From assembly GCA_951406725.2 (NCBI GenBank), contig OX597831.1:62496001-62560000 (forward strand): a DNA stretch of 64,000 nucleotides, written 5' to 3'. The stretch's first letter is position 1, and every line of letters begins with the position of its first letter. The translations under genes and the position numbers were made by a program. Below the pieces are notes generated by a model. That model was not told where the DNA came from. It searched no databases and was given only the letters and a program-made list of their open reading frames with translations. Source of the stretch: Octopus vulgaris (Eukaryota). Of this stretch, positions 1 to 12,732 are shown piece after piece.

Positions 1-197
1 GCTTCGATCACAACACGACATTTACCAAAAGTCTTTTAAGTAGATATATTATTACACATGTGTTTATATACATGTATGTGTGTATATATGTATGTGTGTA
101 TGTATTATGTACGTACGTAGGTATGTATGTATGTATGTATGTATTCATGCATGTTTCTGCATAAAGATATACGTGTCTACATAGAGAGAGAGGAAGG

Positions 198-247
<50 letters not shown>

Positions 248-365
248 TATATATATATATATGCAATCATATATATAATAATATATATATATGTATATAT
301 ATATATATCACCTTTCCTTTCTATGTAAACACGTATATGTTTATGCACAAATATGCATGCATGTG

Positions 366-446
<81 letters not shown>

Positions 447-879
447 CAAGAGAGAGAGAGAGAGAGAAGTGGAGAGGCATACGCCTGAGGCTGTAGCAGA
501 TAGATTTTGAGAAAGATTGAGTGGTAGAAGGATACTCACAGGAAGCAGGATATGCTCTACTGAGATTTGAAATAATTCGGAATCTAAAGTATGATGCGTT
601 TCGTGGCGGCGGCGGTGGTGTTGTGTTTCATAGAAAGTAATAGCGTGGCGAGGACAAATTTTATTTTGGGAGATATGGAATTCTTAAGAAACATAATTAT
701 GAAGTCGTAAACAGTACCAAACAATATAGAATGGTGTGATTGATATTAATAGATAGTGACTGAAATGATATGTAAAAACTATTACGTATGATATTTTTAT
801 ATAAAATAATACCTCAAGTTTGTAACGACATAACGTGATAGCTATTATGTCTATGAAATGTAGAATTTAAAAGAGATTT

Positions 880-1060
880 ATGGTGCCTAGTAAAGAAGGT
901 GTAATGTTTAGGAAGTGTAGTTGTGAGGAGGCAGCCTTTTCAATGTTTCAAAGAAAGCTGTGCCCAAGATTTCTAAGTTGTCGATCATTGTATAGTATCG
1001 ATTTCTGAAGTGGTTATTCTGTTTCCACTTTCTGTTGGAGAAAGAGGACAATGTATTGAG
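880..1060 (-). mobile_element. Possible very degenerate L2/CR1-like RT C-terminal relic
   Basis: Minus-strand pieces read DRQLRNLGHSF and KAASSQLHFL, loosely matching the 'RNLGV.F' and 'KA..RL.FL' motifs. Frameshifted and weak. Confidence 0.25.
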
Positions 1061-2371
1061 CTAGTCACTACAATTGATTGAATGCCTGGTGTGAAGCCTA
1101 CCACTGAAAGAAAATACAAATCATCTCTACCACTTGCTGCGCTATTTATCTATTCACATCTATAGTCATTATCGAAGCTAAGGTATTAAAAGAATTGATT
1201 GAATATATCCAAAATATTCGATTCTTGTGAACTGATTACACGAATGTGTACTTCAATGCAATATATTATGATGTATTGTAGTGTAACCAACCGGAAATGA
1301 CTTCTACTGTTTTCCAGTAGGGAACCATTATTAGAAATGTATGAAAAAAACAGACTGAATGCGAAAGCTGAAGCTATAATGGACATAAACACACTGTTGT
1401 CTAGTTTGTGTTTTTTTATACTTAGATTTCAAAATATTTTGTTGAAAATGATGTCCACATTTCAAAAGACAAACACATCTCCCGTAAATACTTTCGTTTT
1501 TATGGTCTGCTTTATTTTATTCAAGATGAATGAAAATGAAACCTTATAAGGGAAATAACTCATTCTAAGTAGACTTGTTTTATTACGTCCAGCATTGGTT
1601 GGCAAATCACTCGGAGAAAGAAAATTGGATTCCAATCGACCGTTTAATAATTCGGCTGTAATATTCCATTTCCCCTCTTATTGAATGAATAGAACATTTT
1701 GTAACGCAATGTCTGTTTTTGAACCTATGTAGTTTTTGTGTGCATAGAGCTATATATTGCGCATTGGAACATTTAGTATTGCAAAAAGTTTTACTTCTGA
1801 TTATTTTATGTACAATACGGTGTGGGGGACAATCTGGAGATTTCAATGTGCTTAGGTTTCTTTCAATGGCTCTTGTGTGAGGATAATAGTGTACGTTTAA
1901 CTGAAAGTATCACTACCGAATCGGTTCAGTGTAGCAAATAAAATACACGGTCAAATTTTACCAGAGCATGTTGCTATGGAATCTGTCGACGTTTTCGCTT
2001 TTCGATTTCCCATTTTACAGATGATGTTCGAAATATGGATATTTTATACTGTCATTTAATTATCTATTTACACATTAACGTATCCGTCAGTCCATTATAG
2101 ATGTATCTTTACTTTTGTTTATTGACATAAAAAATATCCTCACAAGTGTAATGTCAATTTGTTATTAGTTGGTACACTATCAAACTGTGAAGCAGTCTTT
2201 TAAAGCTTTACTTGGGACTGATATAGGTAAAATATGTAACTATTGAGCTACAGTTGTATAATCTCTGTATTCTAAAATTGAATTCTTAGCTAGTATGATT
2301 TTTTTAGAAAACTCTTGGAGTATTATTTTTTTTCTACTCACATTTGGACAAGTATTTTTTAATGACAAAGT

Positions 2372-2588
2372 AAGGCGGCAAGCTGGCTGAATCGTTACCA
2401 CCCCGGGAAAAATGCTTAGCAGCATTTCGTACGTTCCTACATTCTAAGCTCAAATTCCGCCGAGGTCTACTTTGTCTTTCACCCTTTCGTCGCCGATGAC
2501 ATAAGTACCACTTATGCACTGGTGTCAACGTAATCGACTACCCCTCCCACCAAATTTCAGGTTGTGTGCCTATAATAGAAAATATTAT
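2372..2588 (+). mobile_element. SINE family B (tRNA-like head, Nin/Deu-like core)
   Basis: aaggcggcaagctggctgaatcgtta...ctcaaattccgccgaggtctactttgtctttcaccctttcg; homologous to about 11 other copies in the window. Confidence 0.85.
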
Positions 2589-2624
2589 TTAATGACAACA
2601 TTCTACTTGAATATTTGCTTAATA

Positions 2625-3040
2625 AGCGTAGGAATCGCTGTGTGGTAAGTATCTTGTTTAACAACCACATAGTTCCGGGTTCAGTCCTACTGCGTAGCAC
2701 CTTAGACAAGTGTCTTCTACTATAGCTTCAGGCCGACCTAAGCCTTGTGAGTGGATTTGGTAGACGGAAACTGAAAGAAGCACATCATATATATGTATAT
2801 ATATCTATGTGTGTATATATGTTTGTTCGTCTGTGTTTGTCTCCCTAACATCGCTTGACAACCGATGTTGGTGTGCTCACCTCTTCGTAACTTAGGGATT
2901 CGGCAAAAGAGACCGATAGAATAAGTACTAGGCCTACAAAAAATAAGTCCTGGGGTCGATTATTACAAAAAAATAAGTCCTGGCCATGCACCAGCATGGC
3001 CACAGTCAAATGACTGAAACAAGTGAAAGAGTAAAAGAGT
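2625..3040 (+). mobile_element. SINE family A (tRNA-like head, CORE-like), near full length
   Basis: gcgtaggaatcgctgtgtggtaagt...gggttcagtcc...ccttagacaagtgtcttctactatagc...aaagagtaaaagagt tail; matches copies at 4419 and 34108. Confidence 0.9.
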
Positions 3041-3073
3041 AATATATGTGCAATAATAATGCAATAATAATTC

Positions 3074-3205
3074 AAGATGGAGAGTTGGTAGAATCATTAC
3101 TCGCCGGGCTTAATATTTAGCGGCATGTCGTCCATCTATCTGTTCTGTATACACATTTCTTCGACGTCTCCTTGGCTCTTCATCCTTTTGTGGTCGATAA
3201 CATAA
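3074..3205 (+). mobile_element. SINE family B, degenerate
   Basis: aagatggagagttggtagaatcatta...ttagcggcatgtcgtcc...tttcatccttttgtggtcgataa. Confidence 0.7.
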
Positions 3206-3468
3206 GCGCACAGCTTATGCGACGTTAGGTGCTGGACGGACGGACCGGTTACATTGTTCGGGATCTGTTGATAATAATAAGTCAGTAAAAGCGTCATGAG
3301 CATACGGAATTATCCACCTACACGGTTTACATAATACTGATCACGTGCCTGGATAAATATATGCTTATATTTCCGACATGTAAATTCCAGACTTCCCAAC
3401 AGATGAATGAATGCCTTTTAAGGTGAAAATTATAAAGAATTATAATATATATGTATATATTCATATGC

Positions 3469-3505
<37 letters not shown>

Positions 3506-3509
<4 letters not shown>

Positions 3510-3882
3510 TATAATAATTTATGTAAACCCTTATTAAAATGCCTTTAAAAAAAACCCTTATTATTATAATTATATAAATTTTTACCGAACATGGTCCTTT
3601 TCCATACCGAAATACTACTAGGTGAAATTTGCTGATTTTATTAAATTAATTATATTTCATCCTAAATCTGTATTGACTATATATATATATATATATATAT
3701 ATATGATTATAATAATTTATGTAAACCCTTATTAAAATCCCTTTTAAAAAAACCCTTATCATTATAATTATATAAATTTTTACCGAACATGGTCCTTTTC
3801 CATACCGAAATACTACTACGTGAAATTTGTTGATTTTATTAAATTAATTTTATTTAATTTTATTTCACCCTATATCTGTATT

Positions 3883-3886
<4 letters not shown>
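3506..3886. repeat. Tandem duplication of a ~165 bp unit separated and flanked by (TA)n
   Basis: gattataataatttatgtaaaccc...ccgaacatggtccttttccataccgaaatactac...tctgtattgac occurs twice, nearly identical. Confidence 0.9.
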
Positions 3887-3960
<74 letters not shown>

Positions 3961-4204
3961 ACATGCGTATTTATGTATGTACATATATGCATATGTATTT
4001 TTGAGTGTGTATGCATGAATGTGTATTCATGTAATTTCCCCTGGGCACATAGTGTACCTCAAACTAAAATTTTATTTTGAAGTTTGGAAACACAACAATA
4101 TTATGAATGAAGTAATATGAAATGAAACAATGGAAATCATAAAAGTTTCAAATGAAATGAATTATTCAATGAAATAAATTTAGTGTATATTAGGTATACT
4201 CAAA

Positions 4205-4386
4205 GTCTGAAATTTTGGAGGAAGTGCTGAGTCGATTATATCGACACCAGAATTCAACTGGTGTATTTTTTATCAAACCCCCAAAAATGTCGAACTCGAT
4301 AGAATTTGAACACCGAGCGTAACAACGGACAAATTGCATCTAAGCATTACGCTCGATGTGCTATCAATTCTACCAGCTCGCCGCTT
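4205..4386 (-). mobile_element. SINE family B, degenerate
   Basis: Reverse complement of the family B head (ctaccagctcgccgctt) with gaatttgaac B-box. Confidence 0.75.
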
Positions 4387-4418
4387 TGCATCAATATCTT
4401 TATGTTAATCTCTCATGT

Positions 4419-4809
4419 TACTCTTTTACTTGTTTCAGCCATGCTGGAGAAACCGCCTTTAGCCGAGGAAATCGACCCCCAGGACTTATTCTTTGGAAGC
4501 CTAGTACTTATTCTACCGGTCTCTTTTGCCGAACCGATAAGTTACGGGGACGTAAACACACCAGCATCGGTTGTCAAACGATGTTGGGGGACAAATACAG
4601 ACACACAAACAAACACACACTTATATATATATATATATATATATACGACGGGCTTCTTTCAGTTTCCGTCTACCAAATCCACTCACAAGGCTTTGGTCGG
4701 TTCGTTGCTATAGTAGAAGACACTTGCACAAGGTGCTATGCAGTGGGACTGAACCCGAAACCATGTGATTGGTAAGCAAGCTACTTACCAGACAGCCACT
4801 CCTGCGCCT
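4419..4809 (-). mobile_element. SINE family A, near full length
   Basis: Ends gccactcctgcgcc; contains ttcagtttccgtctaccaaatccactcacaaggctttggtcgg. Confidence 0.9.
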
Positions 4810-5639
4810 AATCATGAGTAATCAAAAATTAATTCTAAAACATTACTGTACAACGACACCGTAGTCTCTGTAGAAGAAGAGTTGGTGCACTTGAAATTGC
4901 TTTTACTATCATAAATTTTGAATCATTCATCTGTTTTGAAGTCTGGAAGTTATATGTAGGAAATATAAGCATACATTTATCCAGGCACGTGCTCAGTATT
5001 ATGTAATCTGTGCAGGTGGATACTTCCGTATGTTCATGACGCATTTACTGACTTATTATTAACTTTGGATACATGCAACAAAGGCGATACGAAATATGTT
5101 TCCCCGTTGATAAACATTGTTTAATGCACAGCAGAAATCTAAGTTGATATGAGAAGTATTGCTGACAGCTACGTTAAGTGATGCACGTAGAATTAAACGT
5201 ACGGTCGAATGAACAAAGCCGCCTGCAGAGGAAATGAACTTCAAACATACGAGGTTACATATCTCTTAAGTATAACCAGGATGATTATTTTTTTTTTTTT
5301 CGCTTTTGAGCAGGGTTTCTTTTCCTGGGTACAGTGATAAAGGTGGGTGAGGAAAAAGAGTGCTACTACCTCAAATGAAAATAAAATTTAAGACAAGTAT
5401 TTTGAAATATGGAAAGAGGAAAAAATAATATGGAAAGAGGAAAAATATTGAATAAAACAACATAACTTGTGAACGTATGGTAGATTTTCTTGTTGTAAAA
5501 CAGTGTTAAATTCATAACTTCCTACTCAATATCCTTTGAATTTTAATTTTAAAGAATATAATCTTGATAAGAACACTTGTTGTCATACATCTTCGCAGTG
5601 CCCACAAGCTGCTATTTGTGTACATCAGACAATCTATCA

Positions 5640-5685
<46 letters not shown>

Positions 5686-5690
5686 ATATC

Positions 5691-5731
<41 letters not shown>

Positions 5732-5776
5732 TCTCTCCCTCTCTCTCTCTCTCTGTATATATATATATATATTCAC

Positions 5777-5847
<71 letters not shown>

Positions 5848-5901
5848 TTTTTAGATTTGTTTGCAAGATTCTTTATATGAGTTTGTGTATTGAAGTACAT
5901 T

Positions 5902-6088
5902 CTGTTGTGTCTGGGGAGAGTCATTCTCTTTTAGTGCCTTATTATTTAACACATTCACCGGTAAAATTTCCACTTATTTCTTATTTTTATTTTCTAAAAT
6001 TTTCATTGCGTCTTGCAAACTTTTCAATAGACTATTGTGTGTTAAATAATAAGGCACTAAAAGCGAATGACTCTCCCCAGACACAACA

Positions 6089-6089
<1 letters not shown>
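5902..6089. repeat. 52 bp inverted repeat with ~84 bp spacer between TA tracts
   Basis: ctgttgtgtctggggagagtcattctcttttagtgccttattatttaacaca / tgtgttaaataataaggcactaaaagcgaatgactctccccagacacaacag, one mismatch. Confidence 0.9.
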
Positions 6090-6130
<41 letters not shown>

Positions 6131-6136
<6 letters not shown>

Positions 6137-6253
6137 TATATAGAAGGAGCTTCTACAGGACTAGAACTGTTTCATTCAAGAGAAATCTTCAGGAAGATTT
6201 CTCTTGAAATGAAACAGTTCTAGTCCTGTAGAAGCTCCTTCTATATAATAAAT
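6131..6253. repeat. Near-perfect ~120 bp palindrome centred on a hammerhead-like core
   Basis: atttattatatagaaggagcttctacaggactagaactgtttc...tcttc-ag-gaaga...gaaacagttctagtcctgtagaagctccttctatataataaat. Confidence 0.9.
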
Positions 6254-6319
6254 TAATTTTACTCTGCTATGTATTGAGTACCTTATTTACTGTGGTTAAC
6301 CCCGAATCAACCCGGGACC

Positions 6320-6365
<46 letters not shown>

Positions 6366-6366
<1 letters not shown>

Positions 6367-7483
6367 GAAAGAGTACAAAAAAGTAACCGGAAACGCTAAA
6401 TGAATGAACAGCGTGCTTCCGTGAAATTCTGTTTTCTGACAGGGAAAACGGCAGCCGAAATAGTTGTCAAGCTTCAAACTGCTTACAATGACCCTGCCAT
6501 GAACAAAGCACAAGTTCACGATTGGTTTTCACGCTTTTCGCTTGAAGACCAATCTCGTTCATGGTGACCGTCTACCTCCCGAACGAACGAAAACGTCATA
6601 CAAATTCATGAACAGATCTTGGAGGACCGTCACCGAAAAGTTGATGGACATATTGATATGAATGGTGTGTTCTGAAGCTCCTGCCAACGCATTTTGAGCG
6701 TGGAATTGCAAATTAAATGAGTTGCAGCAAAATTTGTGCCTCACATGCTCACGGAAGATCAAAAGCATGTGCGGCAGAATGCGTAGTCGTGAACTGAAAC
6801 AATAGTTCGAAGTTGATCCGTACATCTTTTCGAAGGTCATCACTGATGATGAAAACTGGTGCTACGGCTAGTACCCAGAAACGAAGTAGCAATCCAGTCT
6901 ATGGAAGCATTCAATGTCACCTTGCTCCCCTAAAGCGCCTCAAGTGAAGTCCAATGTCAAGACCATAATGCTTTGTTTCGGTTTCATCGATGCGAAATAA
7001 ATTGTCCATACAGAATTTGTTTCTCCTGGTGAAACTGTTAACCACACATTTTACTTGTATGCTCTGAACGGTTTGCGAGACGCGGTGAGATGAAAACTTG
7101 TGGGAAAGTGGTGAGTGGTGATTGCATCAGGACAATGCGCGTACGCGCACCACTTTGAGTGTGAGCTAGTTTTTGATAAATATGGCATGACCCCTCTGCA
7201 CTCTCTCCTATTAATCTGATCTCGCTCCCCGCGACTTTTATTTGCTCTCCTGAAAGAAAAATGTTCTTAAAAGAAGACGTTTTGCAGACATGGAAGGGGT
7301 GAAGAAACAAACAACGGACGCGTTAAAGCGCATCACTTTTCAAGATTTCCAGGACTGATTCGAACAGTGGAAAACACGCATTTGGACCAATGCATGGCTA
7401 TAAATGGAGATTGATTTGAAGGCGATAGAATTATATTATAAAACAACATACCAAACTTCCGTTTTCTCTTGTCTACCCTTTCG
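6366..7483 (+). mobile_element. Mariner DNA transposon, full-length with decayed transposase
   Basis: Imperfect TIRs (cgaaagagtacaaaaaagtaaccggaa / ttccgttttctcttgtctaccctttcg). ATG at 6400 reads MNEQRASVKFCFLTGKTAAE. Motifs FVPH, ITDDENW, LHQDNA and PY*SDLAPRDF present with stops and frameshifts. Confidence 0.92.
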
Positions 7484-7531
<48 letters not shown>

Positions 7532-8542
7532 TATGTATGTATGTATGTACATTCGACGAAATATAATTGCGAAGAATGAAATAAAACAGTTACAAAATAA
7601 TAAGCTACAGCTGCCATATAAAGGGAGAATGTAAAATGGTTTCCACCTTTTATTAAAGTCAAAAGTGAGATAGAAATATAAAAAAGAAGTTAAGCCAATT
7701 TTGTATGCCGATAAGTGTTTGGGGTTTCGTATACTTGCTCAATGTTTGAAGTGTGAACGTAGGTATTCAACATCAAGGCAAAATAAAATGGGAAGATACA
7801 AAGTCTTTCTCAACATCCGAATTTCAAATTGAAAAAGAGACAAACACGAATAGCAGCTGCATTCAGGTTTTATATGATATAAGCCCTGATGTAAAGCTTT
7901 CATCGAATCCAGCATTATATATTATTGAAATTGCATAATTTTAGCCCTAGTTAGCAAGAGTGTAAAATTTCCACTGATAACGCACCTGCTTGCGTCATGG
8001 ATTACATTATCGTACGTGTCCTTCCAATTTCGATGATAATATAGATTGAGTTAGGTCAGATTCTGAAGGGATAGCCAAGGAATTCTTTTGTTGGTATCTT
8101 TGGAATAATATAATCTACATAAAAGGCACAGGAATTAGAGTGTACAATTTTGTGTACAGTATTAACCATTCTAAATATTTCACATTTCATTTCAGAAACC
8201 ATTTTGTTTGCATAACATTTTGGTCTCCCAGATTTTCATAATGGATCTATAATTAATGAACTCGAAAATCTATAATTTCAAATCGATCTATTAACACTAC
8301 TACTTCAAAATTCGTTCCAGTTTATAATTGATATTTTTAACTTAATTTTAAACCGCATATCTCCCCGCCCCCAAAAAATCGATATAAGGGATACAGAAGA
8401 CGGATGTAATATTATTTTAATATTCACACCTTGTCAAAGACTTCAGTGACGCAATTGGATTTAACTTGCATGGAAATTGAAATGAAAGCGGGTATATCTC
8501 TCAACATCACTACCAATATTCTTAATGTTTTCAGAAGAGCAA

Positions 8543-8572
<30 letters not shown>

Positions 8573-8580
<8 letters not shown>

Positions 8581-8933
8581 AAAAATTTAATTTAATTTTA
8601 TATATATGTGTCTCGAGATGGGCTAGAGAGTTTCTATATTGGATATATTTGGGGTACTTAATTGTGCTCGTGACTTAGTGTTCACTTCTTCCATGGGTAT
8701 AAGTAAGTATTTCACTTATTTCTTTGCAGCATTTATCACTGATGAAGACAAGGTTCTTATGAACTAACTCTGAAATCGGGTCCGATATGGTAATAACGGG
8801 ATTTTTTAGAAATTTCTGTCGGTTTTCTTCGAAACGCTTGCTTGTAGTGATAGATTACATGGTTATTGATGTTATGTCTATTTTCGGCATATTTTGGCAT
8901 TAGAAAATTATTCTTTTCCCTTACTTATAAATG

Positions 8934-8935
<2 letters not shown>
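8573..8935 (+). mobile_element. TA-flanked cassette with hammerhead-like motif (putative PLE pLTR/retrozyme)
   Basis: atttatca-CTGATGA(8739)-long spacer-GAAAC(8831)-gcttgctt-GTA-g-tgatagat, with (TA)n on both sides. Confidence 0.5.
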
Positions 8936-8979
<44 letters not shown>

Positions 8980-9548
8980 GTATGTATATATGCATATTGA
9001 TGGGTGAAATACTTTCTCAAATCAACCATAGTTACGTAGCATGATATCGAATAGATTAAAATGTAACAAAAAAAGCAGAAGTATTAGAACACTGAGGACA
9101 TAAACAAACAACACAAACAATTTCGACGGACCATCAACTGTCTAGATTGTTTTGCTGCACTCAATTACTAGCGAAAGTTAATATTGTATGCCATCAAGAT
9201 ATTCAAAGTAAATCGATCAATGACATTCGTTAAAGCATTTGTGGCTTGGACTGGTGTGTAACGTAAATTCTTCTGGTTTATAACATATTAATTACTACAT
9301 CATTATATCCACTTCAATTCAGAGTTATTGAAATACATAATTAGCATCTCTACTTCTCTCATCAATAGTTATGTCCTATTAAGGAACATTGTATTGAAAC
9401 TAAGGCAACTATCATTTGCTCAAACACACCCAAAAGCGCGTGTGCGCACACAGATGCACACACACATACATATAAATATCTATCTATCTATATATATATA
9501 TATCACATGTATATATATATTTCATATATAAATATATATATATATCAG

Positions 9549-9629
<81 letters not shown>

Positions 9630-9769
9630 GGCAGATATATACATTCGTAGAAAATTAATATATTTTGAGTGGAACATGTATGTTGGGATGTTGTGTTGTT
9701 GGATGCTACAAATTGTGTCGAGTGCAGAGCAGAAAATGAAGCAGGTTTTTGTATATGTATATATCTATG

Positions 9770-9826
<57 letters not shown>

Positions 9827-9827
9827 G

Positions 9828-9859
<32 letters not shown>

Positions 9860-9898
9860 TATGCACATATATATATATACATACATATACATATATAT

Positions 9899-9957
<59 letters not shown>

Positions 9958-10749
9958 TATATATATATATAAATATACACTGAAATAGCCAATGGTATTG
10001 ATAAGGTCCTTCGGAATATATGTAACAATAACTAATGAATTGAAATAACGTAGGCTCTGGAGATGGATTCTATTTCTCCGAACAGTTAATGTCGCAAAGC
10101 ATGATAACTACTGCATGTTAACAGAATATTGCGTTGTATATATTTGCCAGAACAAAGAACGTGTTTGCAGTTCTTCCCATAAAATGGATATGAAACAATA
10201 AATAAGAACAGGAATCAGGAATCAATAAAAAGGAATCCATTACTGCCTAAATGACTGATTGGTGTAGAACCGAAAGATAGAAACAATTCTTTGTATAGAT
10301 TACTCATTGTCACTAGGAATAGTTTTCTGAGCTTAATCTGCAAAGTTTCAGAGGTACATATTCACACAGATAAATTAACACATTACACAATTACAGAGAC
10401 TCGAAGTAAAATACATACACGGATGTATATATGCTTTTATGTATATATAAATAAGGATATATATGCATATGTTTGCATTCAAAGCCATAATACAATATGC
10501 CCTAAATATTAGTGTGACGCTTGTTAGAGGAATGCACGTAATAGCTCGTGCGCTGTATGGGTAAGAAAAAGAAAGAGAGAGATAATGTACATGTGTGAAT
10601 GTATATGCATTTCTGTCATTTCATGAATACATGTGTGATCGAGTTAAGATAAGAAGCCATGAGAAATGTACAGACCCGAAGGGGAAGTAGTTTCTTGTTG
10701 CTACTCAATATATATAAGAATGCATGCATGGACATATACATGAACTGCT

Positions 10750-10980
10750 GTATGTATGTATGTATGTATGTATGTATGTATGTATGCATGTATGTATGCA
10801 TGTATGTATGCATGTATGCATGTATGTATGCATGCATGTATGTATGCATGTATGTATGCATGTATGTATGTATGTACGCATGCATGTATGTATGCATGTA
10901 TGTATGCATGTATGTATGTATGTATGTATGTATGCATGTATGTATGTATGTGTATGTATGTACGTTTGTATGTACGTATA
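10750..10980. repeat. (TATG)n/(CATG) microsatellite
   Basis: Directly visible; the source of spurious MYVC/HTYM ORFs. Confidence 0.95.
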
Positions 10981-11094
10981 TATATAGATGTGTGTGTGTT
11001 TGTGTGTATATATGGGGGTATAGATAGATAGATAGATAGATATGAACATAAATTGACAATTTTCTTTACATACACACATATATATGTATTCAAT

Positions 11095-11340
11095 TATTCT
11101 TTTATTTTTCTGCCGGTTTCAGTCATTTGATTGCATCCATGCCGGATCACCACTTTGAAGGTTTTTAGTCGTACAAGCAAATGAACGCCACGACTTGTTT
11201 TCCAAGCATATTACTGATTCTATCGGTCCTTTTTGAGGAATCGCTAATTTACAGTGACATAAGCACATCAGCACCGGTAGTCAAACATTGGGGAGGGGGC
11301 AAGCAACAACATAAAAACACACTTACATAGACACACGCGA
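11095..11340 (-). mobile_element. SINE family A 3' part, degenerate
   Basis: gtttcagtcatttgattgcatccatgc...ttctatcggtcctttttg...acatcagcaccggtagtcaaac. Confidence 0.7.
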
Positions 11341-11349
11341 TTGTACATA

Positions 11350-12286
11350 TTGGCTTGGCAATTAAGTTCCCGCCGCTTTCTTTAATTAAAATGTTTTAAA
11401 AGTTTAAATAAAAAATAACTAATTAATCGATTATGCATTCACCCTTATTGCTTACAACTTCTTTTCAACTTTCAACAAGATATTCAATGCTTCGGTTTCG
11501 ACTCAAAAACTTGATCCAAACAATCTTTCAATTCTGTATCAGTATTAAACGAAACTCCGTGCATAGCATTTGAAAGAGATCGAAAGAGGTGGAAATCCGT
11601 TGGTGCCAAATCAAGAGAGTACGGCGGGTGTGATAGCGCTTCCCAGCCAAGCGTTTGGATGGCTTCCTTGGTCATATTGGCGATATGAGGGCGGGCGTTG
11701 TCGTGCAGCTGAACTATATGCTGCCGATTTATCTTGATTAGCCGAGTTGAGTCGATCCATCTGTTGAACATAGACTTCCGCGTTGACCGTTTGCTTCCGT
11801 TTAAGTAATTCGTAATGACAACCCCTTCCCAGTCCCACCATACGCACAACATCGTTGATAAAGATCTTGACGAGAATTTTCGTGCAAAAGCTGATTTAAT
11901 CGCTCTTCTTCGAACCCAACTGGACAGCCAGAGGGTGATGAGTCTTTGAGGTCAAAATCTCCAGTTTTGAACTTGGCATACTAATCACGAGTGGTTCTTT
12001 CAGCTATGGCACCCTCTCCATACACAAAACAAATGTCGCGAGCAGCATTTATGGCCTTAGAACTTTGAGGCGAAAGGTGCCTGAAAATGCTCGTTTTTCT
12101 TAACTTGACATTCCCTTTTAAGGATCTGAAAATAAACAAAAATTAAGTAAAATTAACTATACAAAAAAAGATTCTAAAATGATTCGAAAATAGAATTCTC
12201 GAGAAAATAAAAGATTCCAAAATTTAAAAACGCAATAAATTCCTTCCAAAATTTAAAAAAGTGCGTCAACGTAGTTGCCAAGTCAA
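11350..12286 (-). mobile_element. Mariner transposon, internally deleted
   Basis: TA-flanked TIRs ttggcttggcaattaagtt / aacgtagttgccaagtcaa. ORF pieces MLCVWWDWEG, LHDNARPH, HPPYSLDLAPTDFHLFRSL. The WVPH/TGDE segment is missing. Confidence 0.93.
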
Positions 12287-12294
12287 TATATACA

Positions 12295-12342
<48 letters not shown>

Positions 12343-12355
12343 CATATACGTTTAT

Positions 12356-12640
12356 ATATTTGTTGTGCAAGATTTTTTTATGTGAAGTCGTGTGTTGAAA
12401 CAGGTATTGTTATATTTCGGAATGGTCATTTTGCCAGTTTAGCCAATAAAAACACACGCACTATATATTTGGTGTTACTTTGCTTCAGTGTTATTTATTT
12501 TTTACATTAATCTTAATCTTATTTCGGCCAGTGTTCTTTCGTCACACTCCTGTGACCGCATCAGTGGTCCTTTGTTTTCTTCTTTCTTATTTGTGTCTCT
12601 CCTTACTAACCGTTAGTAAGGGGTTATAGATAAGACAATA
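12356..12640 (-). mobile_element. TA-flanked cassette with variant hammerhead-like motif
   Basis: Minus strand ggacca-CTGATGCG-gtcaca-ggag-tgtgac-GAAA-gaacac-tggcc. Its left end resembles the 5845-5930 cassette. Confidence 0.4.
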
Positions 12641-12670
12641 GCCGAAAGTGGGACTGAACCCGGAGCCATG

Positions 12671-12732
<62 letters not shown>

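Noticed and set aside
8-539. ORFs rich in YI/HT/CV/LS dipeptides, here and throughout the ORF track
   Set aside because: They are translations of (TA)n, (CA)n, (GA)n and (TATC)n microsatellites, not proteins.
6838-6860. CTGATGATGAAAAC as a ribozyme core
   Set aside because: It is the coding sequence of the mariner TDDENW (TGDETW) motif.
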